A stretch of 43,972 nucleotides of DNA from a virus (IMGVR_UViG_2681813201_000019); one strand, 5' to 3'. Shown: positions 18,261 through 28,401, numbered from the stretch's first letter. Notes: generated from the letters alone by a model not told the origin. Numbers and translations: made by a program.

Positions 18261-18612
18261 AAAAACGCGTTTTTTCTGCGCGCAGGTGACGGGGGAACAG
18301 CCCGCGTTTCAGGGGGTAAATAGCGTTCCCTTAACGATGTCGCAGCGACACGACAGAATGGCCGTATTTCTCACGCTGAGCGTGAAAAATACGTGAGGGA
18401 TTCTGATTTGATGGGGTGAAAGGTAAGGCCGTCAAAATCGCACTGAGGCGGCGAGAACATGCAGTCAACGCGGTGGGATTGCGTAAGAGTCTGACCGTCG
18501 ATGGTGGCGATAAACTGGAAGGCGTCGTGAAATTATCTGACTGATACAGGAGCTGGAGAGTCGGGGCATAAATTTTTTATGCCCCGGCGAAGCAGCAGAC
18601 AAGCGAAGCGCG

Positions 18613-19659
18613 TCAGGATGTGGGCTGGATGTCTAACAGTGCGTAAGGGTTAAAGCGGATCACCTCTTCGCCAAGCCAGTCATTGATGTGCTTCATGGCC
18701 TCCATGACGGGCATCAGCTCGTTAATTGCGTAAACTCGCGCGGCCTTCTCCACATCACCAAACGCACTTTTTTCACCCGGCATCGCCCCCATCAGTTGCG
18801 GCGGAACGCGGTGCGCAGCCAGCACATCATCACGGGATGCCGCCTTAACATTCATGAACTCATCCTTTGCGGTGATCTGCTGGAACGGCAAAATTTGCAC
18901 CCCCTCTTTGCCCCCGTTGGGCGCATGAATGAGCACGTTTTTAAACGCACCACCACCACGCGCGCCCTGTAACGTTTCTTTCAGGGAGTCCATGCTTTCG
19001 CGGTTTACCTGCGCTGCACCAATGTAGATGATGCACCCGGCGTGGGAGCCGTTGTCGTAGTACAGTTTTCTGAACATGTCCGCCGAATGAGAAAGGCTGG
19101 CCGAGAGTAATGCGCCAAGATATTCCGGCATGCCGTAGATTTCCTGATTAATATCCGGATTCATCAGATGGCACACTTTGCCAGGGCGAAACTGAAACGC
19201 GTCCTTGCCATCCTGCACATACCACCATGATTCAAGATCGCTTCCGCGTCGCATGTATTTCGCCAGTGCGTGCCGTAATTTAAGCGGTTCGCCGAGCATA
19301 TTGCTTCGAAGCTCAAGGAATGCGTTACCGAACACAAACCAGTCCAGCGCCAGCGCCGAGAAATCCTGCCGGGAAAGCAGCGGGTGCGGAATATAGCAGC
19401 CGAGCAATACATTGCGCTTAAAGTAAAGCGCAGACTGATGCCAGGACGTTTGCCGGGCAGCTCTTGCCAGACCGTACCAGTCTACCGGGGTTTCATACCA
19501 CCGCCCGTTATCAGCACAGTACATATTGTCCAGCAGGTCATGCCCGGTCAGGCGATAAGGACCATCAAATGTGAATGCACTGAGCGATGATTCTTTCCTG
19601 AGCGCATCAGCGAGATCAATGCGTGAACTCATGCGCACTTTTTTATTTTTTCTGCTCAT
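18613..19659 (-). CDS. Q: Portal protein (gpQ)
   Basis: 348 aa, P2 gpQ-like in size and position, adjacent to the large terminase and divergent from O. Confidence 0.85.
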   Translation of the reverse strand: MSRKNKKVRMSSRIDLADALRKESSLSAFTFDGPYRLTGHDLLDNMYCADNGRWYETPVDWYGLARAARQTSWHQSALYFKRNVLLGCYIPHPLLSRQDFSALALDWFVFGNAFLELRSNMLGEPLKLRHALAKYMRRGSDLESWWYVQDGKDAFQFRPGKVCHLMNPDINQEIYGMPEYLGALLSASLSHSADMFRKLYYDNGSHAGCIIYIGAAQVNRESMDSLKETLQGARGGGAFKNVLIHAPNGGKEGVQILPFQQITAKDEFMNVKAASRDDVLAAHRVPPQLMGAMPGEKSAFGDVEKAARVYAINELMPVMEAMKHINDWLGEEVIRFNPYALLDIQPTS

Positions 19660-21410
19660 CAGAACTCCATAACCGTGAAACGCTCGTTTTCTCCTTCGCC
19701 GCCAATCGGTTCGTTAATGACAGCAAGCATGGTTGCCCACGCAAGGTCGCCGTGGCTGATCCCCCTCGCGCGGTCCGTTTCGTAAGTGATAAAGCCGCCC
19801 GGTGTTTTCACCTTACGCACGGCGTTAAAGGCCGCGACCAGCTCGCGTTCGGCGCGATCGTATTCCCACCGCCCGGCACGCATTATTTGCAGCATTTTCA
19901 GTACCAGCGACCGTTTTGATGACAGCGTGAAGGTGTACGGAATAGCAGCAGGGAAAAAACGTTTCACTATCTGATAAACAGCCTCCCCGTTCCCGCCCGT
20001 CACATCAATGCCGATGTGTTCCACGTTGTAGCGATACGTGAACTCTTCAATGACTCTGGCCTGTTCTTCAAACTCCAGCCCCTGAACGCGTCGCGTCTCC
20101 ACCGTTCGAAAACGGCCACCAGGAACAGCCGGAGGAACCACCACGGACACAGCGCCGCTGTCGCCGTTGCCACTGCTGCCGTTTGCGTCATACCCAATCC
20201 ATACCGGACGATTCCCCATCGGGCGGGGAGCAAAAGGTTTCCAGTCTTTCCAGTCGTCGTATCCGTCAACACCGCAGCCAATCAGGATATTCAGGTTAAA
20301 TGCCGATTCCCCTTCGCGAACAAACTCACACATATAGAGATTGAGGAACTCGTCTTCGGTATTTTCATCACGAATTTCGTCGATATCGGTGTGTTTCCAG
20401 CCGTGATTAACCACATCTTCCAGCGTGACAATTTGCCGCCACGTCCGGTCAGGGCAGATAAGCCCGTTATGCAGCGTTTTCCAGTCCACAGAAAAACGCT
20501 GGCGTTTATGCGAGGCCTTTTTCTCGTTCCAGCGGTCGCCGTTCCAGTAGGCGTATGCCTCGTGCGTTTCGGTGGATGGCGTGGAGAAGTAGGTGCGCCG
20601 CAGTCCGCTGAGGGTTGCCATAGCGCCAGCCACCTTGCGCAGTTCAGCAAAGCGACTGACCCAGAAAAATTCATCAAAATAAAAATTGCCCGTATAGGAC
20701 TGTGCCGACGCAGCAGAAGTGCCGAGAAAATGCAGCTCTGCGCCGTTGGAGAGGATGATTTTATCGCCCCCTTTCAGCTCCACATCAACTTCAGCCGCGG
20801 CCTTCTGAATAATGCTTTTAAACTGGAACGCCTGACGACGCGACGCAGACAAAAAAATCTGGTTACGCTGGTAAGGTTGCGCCACATCGTCACGCAGCGC
20901 CATCAGCAGTGCTTCCTGTGCAAAATACCAGGTCGCCCCAATCTGTCGGGATTTCAGGATCATCCTGTTACGTATCCCGGCTTCCCTGCAAAGGGTCAGG
21001 GAGTCAAACCAGCCCCGCTGATGCCACTCCAGCCTGCTGATGATTTTTTCCCGCAGTGCGGCAATCTGTTCCGGCGTGAAATGATTTTTGAGTTTTTTCG
21101 CCCGGCCTTTCTTTCCTGCGGCCATCACATCCGGCTGGCCATCATGTAGCTTTTTAAGCTGCCGGGTCAGCAGGTCTATTTCCTTAAAGTCACCGCCTGT
21201 TTTATTCTGTTTTTCAGTAAGCTGGATGAGGCGCGCATCGATGGACTGCGTGACACGCTGCACGGGTGGCGTTTCATCCCACTGGTCACGTTTTTTCCAC
21301 GCATAAATCGTGTTCGGGTTTATTCCCATCAGACGTGATATTTCTGCGGGCGGATAACCCTGCCAGTAAAGTTGCCGCGCACGCTGGCGCACAAAAGCGT
21401 CCTGAATCAT
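19659..21410 (-). CDS. P: Terminase large subunit (gpP)
   Basis: 583 aa; start overlaps the portal gene; terminase ATPase/nuclease in the P2 P position. Confidence 0.85.
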   Translation of the reverse strand: MIQDAFVRQRARQLYWQGYPPAEISRLMGINPNTIYAWKKRDQWDETPPVQRVTQSIDARLIQLTEKQNKTGGDFKEIDLLTRQLKKLHDGQPDVMAAGKKGRAKKLKNHFTPEQIAALREKIISRLEWHQRGWFDSLTLCREAGIRNRMILKSRQIGATWYFAQEALLMALRDDVAQPYQRNQIFLSASRRQAFQFKSIIQKAAAEVDVELKGGDKIILSNGAELHFLGTSAASAQSYTGNFYFDEFFWVSRFAELRKVAGAMATLSGLRRTYFSTPSTETHEAYAYWNGDRWNEKKASHKRQRFSVDWKTLHNGLICPDRTWRQIVTLEDVVNHGWKHTDIDEIRDENTEDEFLNLYMCEFVREGESAFNLNILIGCGVDGYDDWKDWKPFAPRPMGNRPVWIGYDANGSSGNGDSGAVSVVVPPAVPGGRFRTVETRRVQGLEFEEQARVIEEFTYRYNVEHIGIDVTGGNGEAVYQIVKRFFPAAIPYTFTLSSKRSLVLKMLQIMRAGRWEYDRAERELVAAFNAVRKVKTPGGFITYETDRARGISHGDLAWATMLAVINEPIGGEGENERFTVMEF

Positions 21411-21564
21411 TGCTCCCCCTGAGTAATTACAGGAAGATTACCCGCGAGCGAAACTGTTCTCCTTAACCCTCTGTTCTGGCCGTTTTCTTACAACAAAAGC
21501 CCTTTGTATCAGCCTGTTACGCTTTGCCATCATGACTGAAGAACCAGTCAGAGGGGCAAAAACT
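21411..21564. promoter_or_regulatory. Divergent late promoter region between P and O
   Basis: Intergenic region between divergently transcribed PQ and ONMLX operons; by analogy with P2 these are Ogr-dependent late promoters; no clean TGT-N12-ACA element seen by eye. Confidence 0.35.
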
Positions 21565-22401
21565 ATGGCTAATGAAAAAAAGACATCCCGCAAAAAGTTT
21601 CGCGTGGCTGTCTCCGGATCAACTGTTGATGGCCGTGAAATCAGTCCGGTGCATCTGCGTGAAGCCGCCGAGAACTTCAACCCGGATGTTTACGCTGCCC
21701 GCGTGAACGTTGAGCACTATCTCTCGCCATGCCCGTCAAGCGAATTTTCCGCAATGGGCGATGTCACCGCATTGAGTACGGAAGACATTACGGAAGGTCC
21801 GCTGGCCGGACGTACTGCGCTGTATGCAGAAATCGAACCGACCGAGCGCATGAAGCAGCTTGTTGCGGACGGCAAGAAAATCTATTCCAGTATCGAACTG
21901 CACCCGCAGTTCTCCGTTAACGGGCGCGCCTATCTGGTCGGGCTGGCGATGACCGACACCCCGGCAAGCCTGGGCACTGAGCGCCTGAAATTCACGGCAC
22001 AGCAACGTCAGGCGGTGATGACGTTTAACAGTATCCAGGGTGAAGCGCCGCTTATCTCCGAAGCCATCGAGTCTGAAATCATCGAAATGGCAGAACAACG
22101 CCAGGAAGAAGGCACCCAGTGGTTTAACCGCGTAATGGGGATTATTGGCCGTGGCCGCAAAGCGGATGACGCCAGTTTTTCCCGTATTCAGGAAGCGGTG
22201 GAAGGCGTCGCAACGTCACAGGCCGACATTATCGACCGTTTTAATGTGCTGGAAACCCGCCATCAGCAGGACCGCCAGAAAATTACGTCACTGACCACAG
22301 AGCTGGCAGCACTGAAGGAAAAACTGCGCACGCAGGACGGCGATCCGCAGAACCGCTTCACCGCAACGGGCGCAGCCTCCGACCAGCTGGCCGACTTCTG
22401 A
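21565..22401 (+). CDS. O: Capsid scaffolding protein (gpO); start at internal ATG (MANEKKTSRKKFRVAVSG...)
   Basis: N-terminus parallels P2 gpO (MAKKVSKFFRIGVEGDTCDGRVIS...); GAGGGG Shine-Dalgarno before the internal ATG. Confidence 0.85.
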   Translation: MANEKKTSRKKFRVAVSGSTVDGREISPVHLREAAENFNPDVYAARVNVEHYLSPCPSSEFSAMGDVTALSTEDITEGPLAGRTALYAEIEPTERMKQLVADGKKIYSSIELHPQFSVNGRAYLVGLAMTDTPASLGTERLKFTAQQRQAVMTFNSIQGEAPLISEAIESEIIEMAEQRQEEGTQWFNRVMGIIGRGRKADDASFSRIQEAVEGVATSQADIIDRFNVLETRHQQDRQKITSLTTELAALKEKLRTQDGDPQNRFTATGAASDQLADF

Positions 22402-22424
22402 TAAGACAAAGGAGCAAATTTTTT

Positions 22425-23477
22425 ATGAATCTGGTGATGTCAGATATTACCCGCAACAAGCTGGGTTGCTATATGGCGCAGCAGGCGTCGCTTAATAATA
22501 TCCCGGTATCTGCACTGGTGTCGCGATTTACCGTGGAACCCGCGGTGCAGCAGCGTTTTGAAAACGCCTCAAAGGAAAGTACCGAATTTACGAAAAGAAT
22601 TAACGTGATCGGCGTGACCGACCAGAAAGGCGAAAAAATCCTCCTGGATACCACAGGACCGATTGCGCGCACGAATACCAGTTATGACGGCACAAAACGC
22701 CGTAACCCGAATAACGTGGTTGATCTGAAAAACCGCAAATATCAGTGTGAACAGGTGAACTACGACACGTTTATTTCGTATCCGCAGCTTGATGCCTGGT
22801 CGGCACACCCTGATTTTCAGTCCCGCATCAGCGCACAGATTGCCCGACAGGTGGCGCTTGACCGCATCATGATCGGTTTCAACGGCACGTCTCACGCGGA
22901 TGAGTCCAACTTCAGCACCAACAAGCTGCTTCAGGACGTTAACGTGGGCTGGCTGGAGCACATCAGAACCGACGCCAGCGAACGCGTTATGAATGACGTG
23001 ACGCTGACCTCCCGCAACATGGACAACACCGTGGCGCACGCGGGTAAGTATGCGAACGCTGATGCACTGGTACAGGACGCGCGTTCATCCCTGCTGGATG
23101 AATGGCACAAGGAAGCTGACGACCTCGTGGTGATTATGGGGCGCAACCTGTTTAACTCGCTGCGTCTGCCCGTGCTGAACAGCATCAGCGGCCAGAATCC
23201 CAATGCGGAATTACTCGCCGGGCAGCTCATCCTGTCATCGCGCACCATTGGCGGGCTGGGCGTGTTCCTTGCGCCGTTCTTCCCGGATGCAACGATGCTG
23301 ATCACCTCGTTCAACAACCTGTCGATTTACTGGCAGAAAGGTTCAATGCGTCGCCTGATGAAAGACGAGCCGGAATACAACCGCATCGCCACCTACCAGT
23401 CCATCAATGACGCTTATGTCGTTGAAGACTATGGCAAGTGCGCGATGGTTACTGGCCTGAAGTTCGCCGACAGCTAA
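22425..23477 (+). CDS. N: Major capsid protein (gpN)
   Basis: 350 aa, P2 gpN-like, follows O. Confidence 0.9.
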   Translation: MNLVMSDITRNKLGCYMAQQASLNNIPVSALVSRFTVEPAVQQRFENASKESTEFTKRINVIGVTDQKGEKILLDTTGPIARTNTSYDGTKRRNPNNVVDLKNRKYQCEQVNYDTFISYPQLDAWSAHPDFQSRISAQIARQVALDRIMIGFNGTSHADESNFSTNKLLQDVNVGWLEHIRTDASERVMNDVTLTSRNMDNTVAHAGKYANADALVQDARSSLLDEWHKEADDLVVIMGRNLFNSLRLPVLNSISGQNPNAELLAGQLILSSRTIGGLGVFLAPFFPDATMLITSFNNLSIYWQKGSMRRLMKDEPEYNRIATYQSINDAYVVEDYGKCAMVTGLKFADS

Positions 23478-23522
23478 TCAACTCACGGCGGGCATCATGC
23501 CCGCCTGTAACGGAGAGAAAAA

Positions 23523-24323
23523 ATGATTACTCCTGCACAACAACACTGGCAGAACGTGATGGCACAGCGCGCAGGCCGGGCGAATGAAGGCGTGGACCAC
23601 GCCGCGCGTACCGCGCATGAAGAGGTGCTGTATCGTCTGCGTCTGGCACAGGCCCGGCTTAAGGGCGTACAGGCCAGAAGCGCGAAAGCCGCCATCAAAA
23701 AAGAGTTGTTGCCGGATTTTTCCGGCTGGATTGAGGGAACGCTGGAGGCTGACGGCGGGCAGCAGGATGAAGTGATTGCCACGCTGATGGTGTGGGCGAT
23801 TGACTGTGGCGATCTTCCGCTTGCGCTGCGTATTGGTGCGTATGTGGTCCGTCACAACCTCATCATGCCGGATAACTTTGGCCGTACTGCTGCCACGGTA
23901 CTGACCGAAGAAATCTGTAATCCGGTACTGACGCAGGCCGGGACGGATGCCGACGCGGATTTGTCCGCCTTTATCGAACCACTGGACACCCTCCGGGAGA
24001 TTGTCACCGACCAGGACATGCCGGACGAAGTGCGCGCCAAATTATGCAAAGCGTGCGCCTTTGCCCGCCGTGGCCTGAGTGATGCGGACAGCATGGCCCT
24101 GTCACTGAAGCTGCTGCGCGAAGCAATGCACCTGAACCCGAACGCAGGTGTGAAACGCGAGATTGCAACCCTTTCCCGCGCCCTGAAAAAAGCCGATTCC
24201 GCAGCCGAACCAGAAGACGCCAGCGCACAGCAGGCGCAGGACGAAAGCAGCAAAAGTAAAAAGACAACGCGGAAGCCTGCAACACGAAAAACCACCGCGA
24301 CGCAGAAGGCGAAGCGCGGTTAA
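23523..24323 (+). CDS. M: Terminase small subunit / endonuclease (gpM)
   Basis: MITPAQQHW...KKELLPDFSGWIEG...MPDEVRAKLCKA parallels P2 gpM (MTSPAQRHM...KRELLPFWLPWVNG...MPDEVRAKLHKI). Confidence 0.85.
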   Translation: MITPAQQHWQNVMAQRAGRANEGVDHAARTAHEEVLYRLRLAQARLKGVQARSAKAAIKKELLPDFSGWIEGTLEADGGQQDEVIATLMVWAIDCGDLPLALRIGAYVVRHNLIMPDNFGRTAATVLTEEICNPVLTQAGTDADADLSAFIEPLDTLREIVTDQDMPDEVRAKLCKACAFARRGLSDADSMALSLKLLREAMHLNPNAGVKREIATLSRALKKADSAAEPEDASAQQAQDESSKSKKTTRKPATRKTTATQKAKRG

Positions 24324-24426
24324 CGACTGACCCCGTCAGCGGGCGGCGTGCGCGGTGTTCCGGTTTGACTCCGTGACCGTTTACACCGCGCACCCACCGC
24401 CCGATTTTTTTTCAGGAGTGAACCCC

Positions 24427-24921
24427 ATGACTATGGTTGCCAGAACTGAACCCGGACCCGCAGAGGACGACATCACCGATACCGATGATGGCGATACCCG
24501 CATTTCAGCGGGTGCATTCTGGCCGGATATTGTGCTGCGCGAGCTGCGTCTGGCGGTACGACTGCCGGGGCGCGTGACCACCTCCCGCCTGCTGCATACT
24601 GCCACCGGGGCTGTGGCACACGTTACCCGCGAGCTGGAAGCATGGCAGCAGGAACAGCAGGCAGCTGGCCATCAGACGCTGGCCGATGTTCCGGCACCCG
24701 TAATTAACGGAGAAAGCGTCAATCTCTGGCACTGGCGCAATGCTGTTTATACCGCCACGCGCGCCCTGATTCTGGAGCGTTATCGTGATGCAGACACTAC
24801 GGACAAGGGAGACCGCCGGGCGGACGCTCTGGATATACAGACATCGGATTTGTGGCGTGATGTGAGCTGGGCCATCTCTGACATTCTGTGCCGCCCGCGA
24901 ATCTTTGCGGAGTTGTGCTGA
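24427..24921 (+). CDS. L: Head completion/stabilisation protein (gpL); start at internal ATG
   Basis: ORF 24355..24921 with AGGAG before the internal ATG (MTMVARTEPG...); size and position match gpL. Confidence 0.75.
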   Translation: MTMVARTEPGPAEDDITDTDDGDTRISAGAFWPDIVLRELRLAVRLPGRVTTSRLLHTATGAVAHVTRELEAWQQEQQAAGHQTLADVPAPVINGESVNLWHWRNAVYTATRALILERYRDADTTDKGDRRADALDIQTSDLWRDVSWAISDILCRPRIFAELC

Positions 24922-25121
24922 TGAAAGTGAAGGCACTGGAAGGCGACACCGTGGATTCGCTCTGTTTCCGGTACTACGGCACGACGCAGGGCGTCACCGA
25001 AAAGGTGCTGGATGCCAACCCCGGACTCTGTCAGCAGGTATTTCTGGACGCCGGGCAGGAAGTGGAGATGCCGGAGCCGGAGAAGAAGAAACGAGAAATG
25101 ATTCAGTTGTGGGGGGAGTAG
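24921..25121 (+). CDS. X: Tail protein X (gpX)
   Basis: 67 aa from the ATG overlapping the L stop (TGATG); same length as P2 gpX. Confidence 0.7.
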   Translation: MKVKALEGDTVDSLCFRYYGTTQGVTEKVLDANPGLCQQVFLDAGQEVEMPEPEKKKREMIQLWGE

Positions 25122-25123
25122 CA

Positions 25124-25447
25124 GTGAGCACCATTCAAACAGGGATCACAGAGCAGGTTATTGCGTGGCTCTTTGACCACCTGCCAACTGTGTATGCAGT
25201 AGGCGCGGCGGTCAGCATTTCCGCGCTGATGAGCCTTTATGACGGACGAACACTGGTTCAGACCGTAACGGGATCGCTGGCGTGCGGCGTTCTTGCCATG
25301 GCCGTGGCCGGGTCGTTGCGCTTCTTCGGGTTTCCTGAAGATGCCGTGACGTTTATCGGCGCATCAATCGGTTTTATGGGTGCAGAGAAAGCACGCGACA
25401 AGGTTATTGCGGCCTTTAATCGCAGGGTGAAGGAGAAGGACGAATGA
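25124..25447 (+). CDS. Putative holin (GTG start)
   Basis: About 107 aa with three hydrophobic segments, directly upstream of the endolysin; start codon uncertain. Confidence 0.5.
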   Translation: MSTIQTGITEQVIAWLFDHLPTVYAVGAAVSISALMSLYDGRTLVQTVTGSLACGVLAMAVAGSLRFFGFPEDAVTFIGASIGFMGAEKARDKVIAAFNRRVKEKDE

Positions 25448-25836
25448 GCAACACATTTAAATTCAGCAGCCGGAGCGAAAAGAATTTGCAGGGCGTAAAT
25501 CCTGATCTGGTGAAAGTGACCCGACGGGCACTGGAAATCTCGGAAGTGGATTTTGGTATCACCGAAGGGTTGCGCAGCCGTTACCGCCAGAAGCAACTGG
25601 TGGCCACGGGTAAGAGCCAGACCATGAACAGCCGCCACCTTACGGGGCATGCCGTGGATGTTGTGGCTTATATCGGCAGCCAGGTGTCATGGGAATGGCC
25701 GCTGTACGAAAAAATCGCAGCAGCATTCAGACAGGCCAGCCGGGAACTGAATATTCCGGTGGAATGGGGCGGCGACTGGAAGACCCTGAAAGACGGACCG
25801 CATTTTCAGTTACCACACGGAGCCTATCCGGCATGA
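25444..25836 (+). CDS. Endolysin, peptidase M15-type (L-alanyl-D-glutamate peptidase-like)
   Basis: 130 aa; zinc-ligand-like SRHLTGHAVD and DGPHFQL; in the lysis cassette position, though P2 gpK itself is a lysozyme. Confidence 0.7.
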   Translation: MSNTFKFSSRSEKNLQGVNPDLVKVTRRALEISEVDFGITEGLRSRYRQKQLVATGKSQTMNSRHLTGHAVDVVAYIGSQVSWEWPLYEKIAAAFRQASRELNIPVEWGGDWKTLKDGPHFQLPHGAYPA

Positions 25837-26240
25837 AGCTCTGGCCCACGCTGGGCGTCGCTTTCCTTCTGATTGCCGCATGGGGAACATCCATGCGTCT
25901 GTCGTGGTCGCTGGGCCGGGAGAACGCCAGAAACGAAGCGCAGGCCAGCACCCTGAAAAGTACCGTCGACACCCTGAATATCATCAGCGCCGGGGTACAG
26001 GATATGCAGCAGGTGCTGGCGCAACTCCGCGTGGAAAATCAGCAACGCAATCAGGACGGAGAGGTAAGACGTGAACAGCTACGCAACGATATTGCAAAAG
26101 ATGAATGCGCCCACGCTTTGCCTGACGCTCGTTTTACTGACAGGTTGCGCAGGCACGCAGAACGCGCCACGGCCAGCGCCGTCAGTCCGGCTTATACCGC
26201 AGACGCTGACCATACCGGTAATGCCTCCCCCCTTCCCTGA
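25833..26240 (+). CDS. i-spanin (Rz/LysB-like)
   Basis: N-terminal transmembrane segment (LWPTLGVAFLLIAAWGTSM) then a coiled-coil-like region; start overlaps the endolysin stop. Confidence 0.55.
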   Translation: MKLWPTLGVAFLLIAAWGTSMRLSWSLGRENARNEAQASTLKSTVDTLNIISAGVQDMQQVLAQLRVENQQRNQDGEVRREQLRNDIAKDECAHALPDARFTDRLRRHAERATASAVSPAYTADADHTGNASPLP

Positions 26241-26391
26241 CACTCCCACATGGGGAAATCTCGGTATATGGGGCGACCGCCTCCTGGATGCACTGGAAAC
26301 CTGTAACGCGGATAAACGGGCCATTGAATTACTGGAGCAGCGCAGACTGCAACGACTGAACAACGAGGACAACAGCCATGCTGAAAACTGA
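26101..26391 (+). CDS. o-spanin (Rz1/LysC-like lipoprotein), overlapping the i-spanin in another frame
   Basis: Lipobox LLTGC followed by a proline-rich sequence; overlaps the 3' end of the i-spanin gene. Confidence 0.5.
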   Translation: MNAPTLCLTLVLLTGCAGTQNAPRPAPSVRLIPQTLTIPVMPPPFPDTPTWGNLGIWGDRLLDALETCNADKRAIELLEQRRLQRLNNEDNSHAEN

Positions 26392-26845
26392 TTCCCTGCG
26401 TGAAGCCATGACCCGTTCATGCCGATGGTGTCAGGCCAACCCGGAAAAATTCACCATTTTCGTGGAGAGCGGCAACATTGAAACGACCGGAGAAACGCCC
26501 TCGTTTGTTTACCGCTATCAGATGGTGATGTTTGTCATGGATTACGCCGGGGAGCTGGACGACCTCACGCTGCCGCTACTGGCGTGGTTATCCGAAAATC
26601 AGCCACAGTTGTTGCTCAATCCGGAGCGTAATCAGGACATCAAATTCTCCGCCGTTATCAATGACGATGACAGCGCCGATCTCCTGTTTACGCTCCCCCT
26701 GCGGGAACGCGTTCGCATCACGCGCAGCAGTCAGGGCACACCGCAGGCAGAACACCTGCCTGAGCCAAAACCCCGCCTGCCATCTTCCGAAGGCGACTGG
26801 TCGCATGTATTCCAGGATGTGACGTGGGGTGAAAGCGATGGATAA
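26378..26845 (+). CDS. R: Tail completion protein (gpR)
   Basis: 155 aa, position and size as P2 gpR. Confidence 0.75.
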   Translation: MLKTDSLREAMTRSCRWCQANPEKFTIFVESGNIETTGETPSFVYRYQMVMFVMDYAGELDDLTLPLLAWLSENQPQLLLNPERNQDIKFSAVINDDDSADLLFTLPLRERVRITRSSQGTPQAEHLPEPKPRLPSSEGDWSHVFQDVTWGESDG

Positions 26846-27473
26846 GGCATTCACCCGCGTGGATGAAACCTTTGAGGCCATCCGCGACAGCCTGAATCAG
26901 CAGGCCATCAATAACATCGCCAGAAAGCTGGCACAGGATTTACGCCGCGCCCAGCAGGCGCGTATCCGGTCACAGAAAGCGCCGGACGGGACCGCGTGGA
27001 CACCACGCAGACGCCGCGTAACCCGGATACAGGAACGCATTCGCTTTATCTGGAATAACGAAGCACGCACGCTGAAAAACTGGCATCACGACACGGGGAA
27101 ATACGGGCGAACCATTACCGGGTGGGATGAGGATAAAAACAATATCCGCACGTTTTACCGGGATGACATCGACCGTTTTCTGGAAATACGCACCCGGCGC
27201 ATCAACCAGGACAGCACAAAGCGCGTCCCCATGTTCGTAAAACTGCGCACCGCCCGCTACCTGAAAGCCCGTGCAGATGCTTCCGGTGTGACGGTGGGTT
27301 ACAGCGGCGTGGCCGCACGTATTGCACGCGTTCATCAGTTCGGTGAGCGCGATCAGGTTGCGCCGGGCATTTTCACCGATTACCCGGTACGTGAGCTGCT
27401 GGGTATCAGCCAGGCAGATGAGCGCCTGATTTATAACACGGTGCTGGGCCGGATTGCGGAGGCTGTACGGTGA
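26829..27473 (+). CDS. S: Tail completion / virion morphogenesis protein (gpS)
   Basis: 214 aa in the P2 S position. Confidence 0.75.
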   Translation: MKAMDKAFTRVDETFEAIRDSLNQQAINNIARKLAQDLRRAQQARIRSQKAPDGTAWTPRRRRVTRIQERIRFIWNNEARTLKNWHHDTGKYGRTITGWDEDKNNIRTFYRDDIDRFLEIRTRRINQDSTKRVPMFVKLRTARYLKARADASGVTVGYSGVAARIARVHQFGERDQVAPGIFTDYPVRELLGISQADERLIYNTVLGRIAEAVR

Positions 27474-28051
27474 GCGCAGAACTCATGCGACTGCTGAGCA
27501 ACATCATCCGTACCGGGATCATCTCTGAAGTTGATGAGGAATCCTGGTGCGTGCGCGTTCGCAGCGGCGAACTGGAAACAGGCTGGCTGCGCTGGAACAC
27601 CACGCGCGCGGGAGCCTTCAATGTGTGGCTGCCGCCATCACCCGGCGAACAGGTGGTAATTGCCTGCATTGGCGGCAACCCGGAAACCGCCATGATAATT
27701 GGCAGCCTGTGGAGTGATGCCATTCCGGCCCCCGGCAAAAGCCTGAAAGAAATCGTGGTCAGCGCGCCGGATGGCGCGGTGTTCCGCTACGACGCGGACG
27801 CAGGCGCACTGAGCGCCAGCGGCATGAAAACAGCCACCCTGCAGGCATCCGTCAGCGTGACACTGGATACGCCCGTCGTGGAATGCACAGACCTTCTGAG
27901 AACGGCGACGCTTGACGTCACAAAAGGGGGAAAGATGAGCGGCAATATCACGCACAGCGGCGGCAATTTCACCTCAAACGGCATCACAGTGCATACGCAT
28001 AAACACGGTGGCGTTAAAGGTGGCAGCGATTCGACAGGAGGCCCGCAGTGA
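27470..28051 (+). CDS. V: Baseplate spike/assembly protein (gpV)
   Basis: 193 aa; glycine-rich C-terminus, P2 gpV-like. Confidence 0.85.
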   Translation: MSAELMRLLSNIIRTGIISEVDEESWCVRVRSGELETGWLRWNTTRAGAFNVWLPPSPGEQVVIACIGGNPETAMIIGSLWSDAIPAPGKSLKEIVVSAPDGAVFRYDADAGALSASGMKTATLQASVSVTLDTPVVECTDLLRTATLDVTKGGKMSGNITHSGGNFTSNGITVHTHKHGGVKGGSDSTGGPQ

Positions 28052-28398
28052 CAACCCGCTACACAGGAATGAACCCGGACGGAACGGGAAACCTGAACGA
28101 TATGGAGCACCTGAAACAGTCAGTCAGGGACATCCTGACCACCCCGCTGGCAAGCCGGGTTATGCGACGGGAATATGGCAGCCTTGTGCCTGATTTGATT
28201 GACGAACCCATGAATAACACCACGCGTCTGCAATGCATGAGTGCTGCCGTGATTGCGCTGACACGATGGGAACCCCGCATTGCCCTGGACGCTATCGACG
28301 TTGTCTGGAAGGCAGGAGGCCGCGCCGGGGTGACGCTGTCGGGCACTGTCATGCAGACCATGCAGAATGTTGAATTAACCATCACGCTGAGGGAGTAA
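28048..28398 (+). CDS. W: Baseplate wedge protein (gpW, GPW/gp25 family)
   Basis: 116 aa, P2 gpW-like. Confidence 0.85.
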   Translation: MTTRYTGMNPDGTGNLNDMEHLKQSVRDILTTPLASRVMRREYGSLVPDLIDEPMNNTTRLQCMSAAVIALTRWEPRIALDAIDVVWKAGGRAGVTLSGTVMQTMQNVELTITLRE

Positions 28399-28401
28399 AT
28401 C

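Noticed and set aside
18181-18396. 71-aa ORF with a TTG start in the cos-proximal region
   Set aside because: The start lies within the TGCACAA repeat array, with no Shine-Dalgarno and no recognisable protein features; the region is more likely cis-acting DNA
18400-18610. Exact P2-type cos site (GGCGAGGCGGGGAAAGCAC, as recalled from memory)
   Set aside because: Only a loosely similar GC-rich stretch (gaggcggcgagaacatgc) was seen; cos is probably in this interval but cannot be placed from sequence alone
20016-21149. 377-aa plus-strand ORF inside the large terminase gene
   Set aside because: Antisense to a strongly supported terminase; low-complexity translation with no motifs
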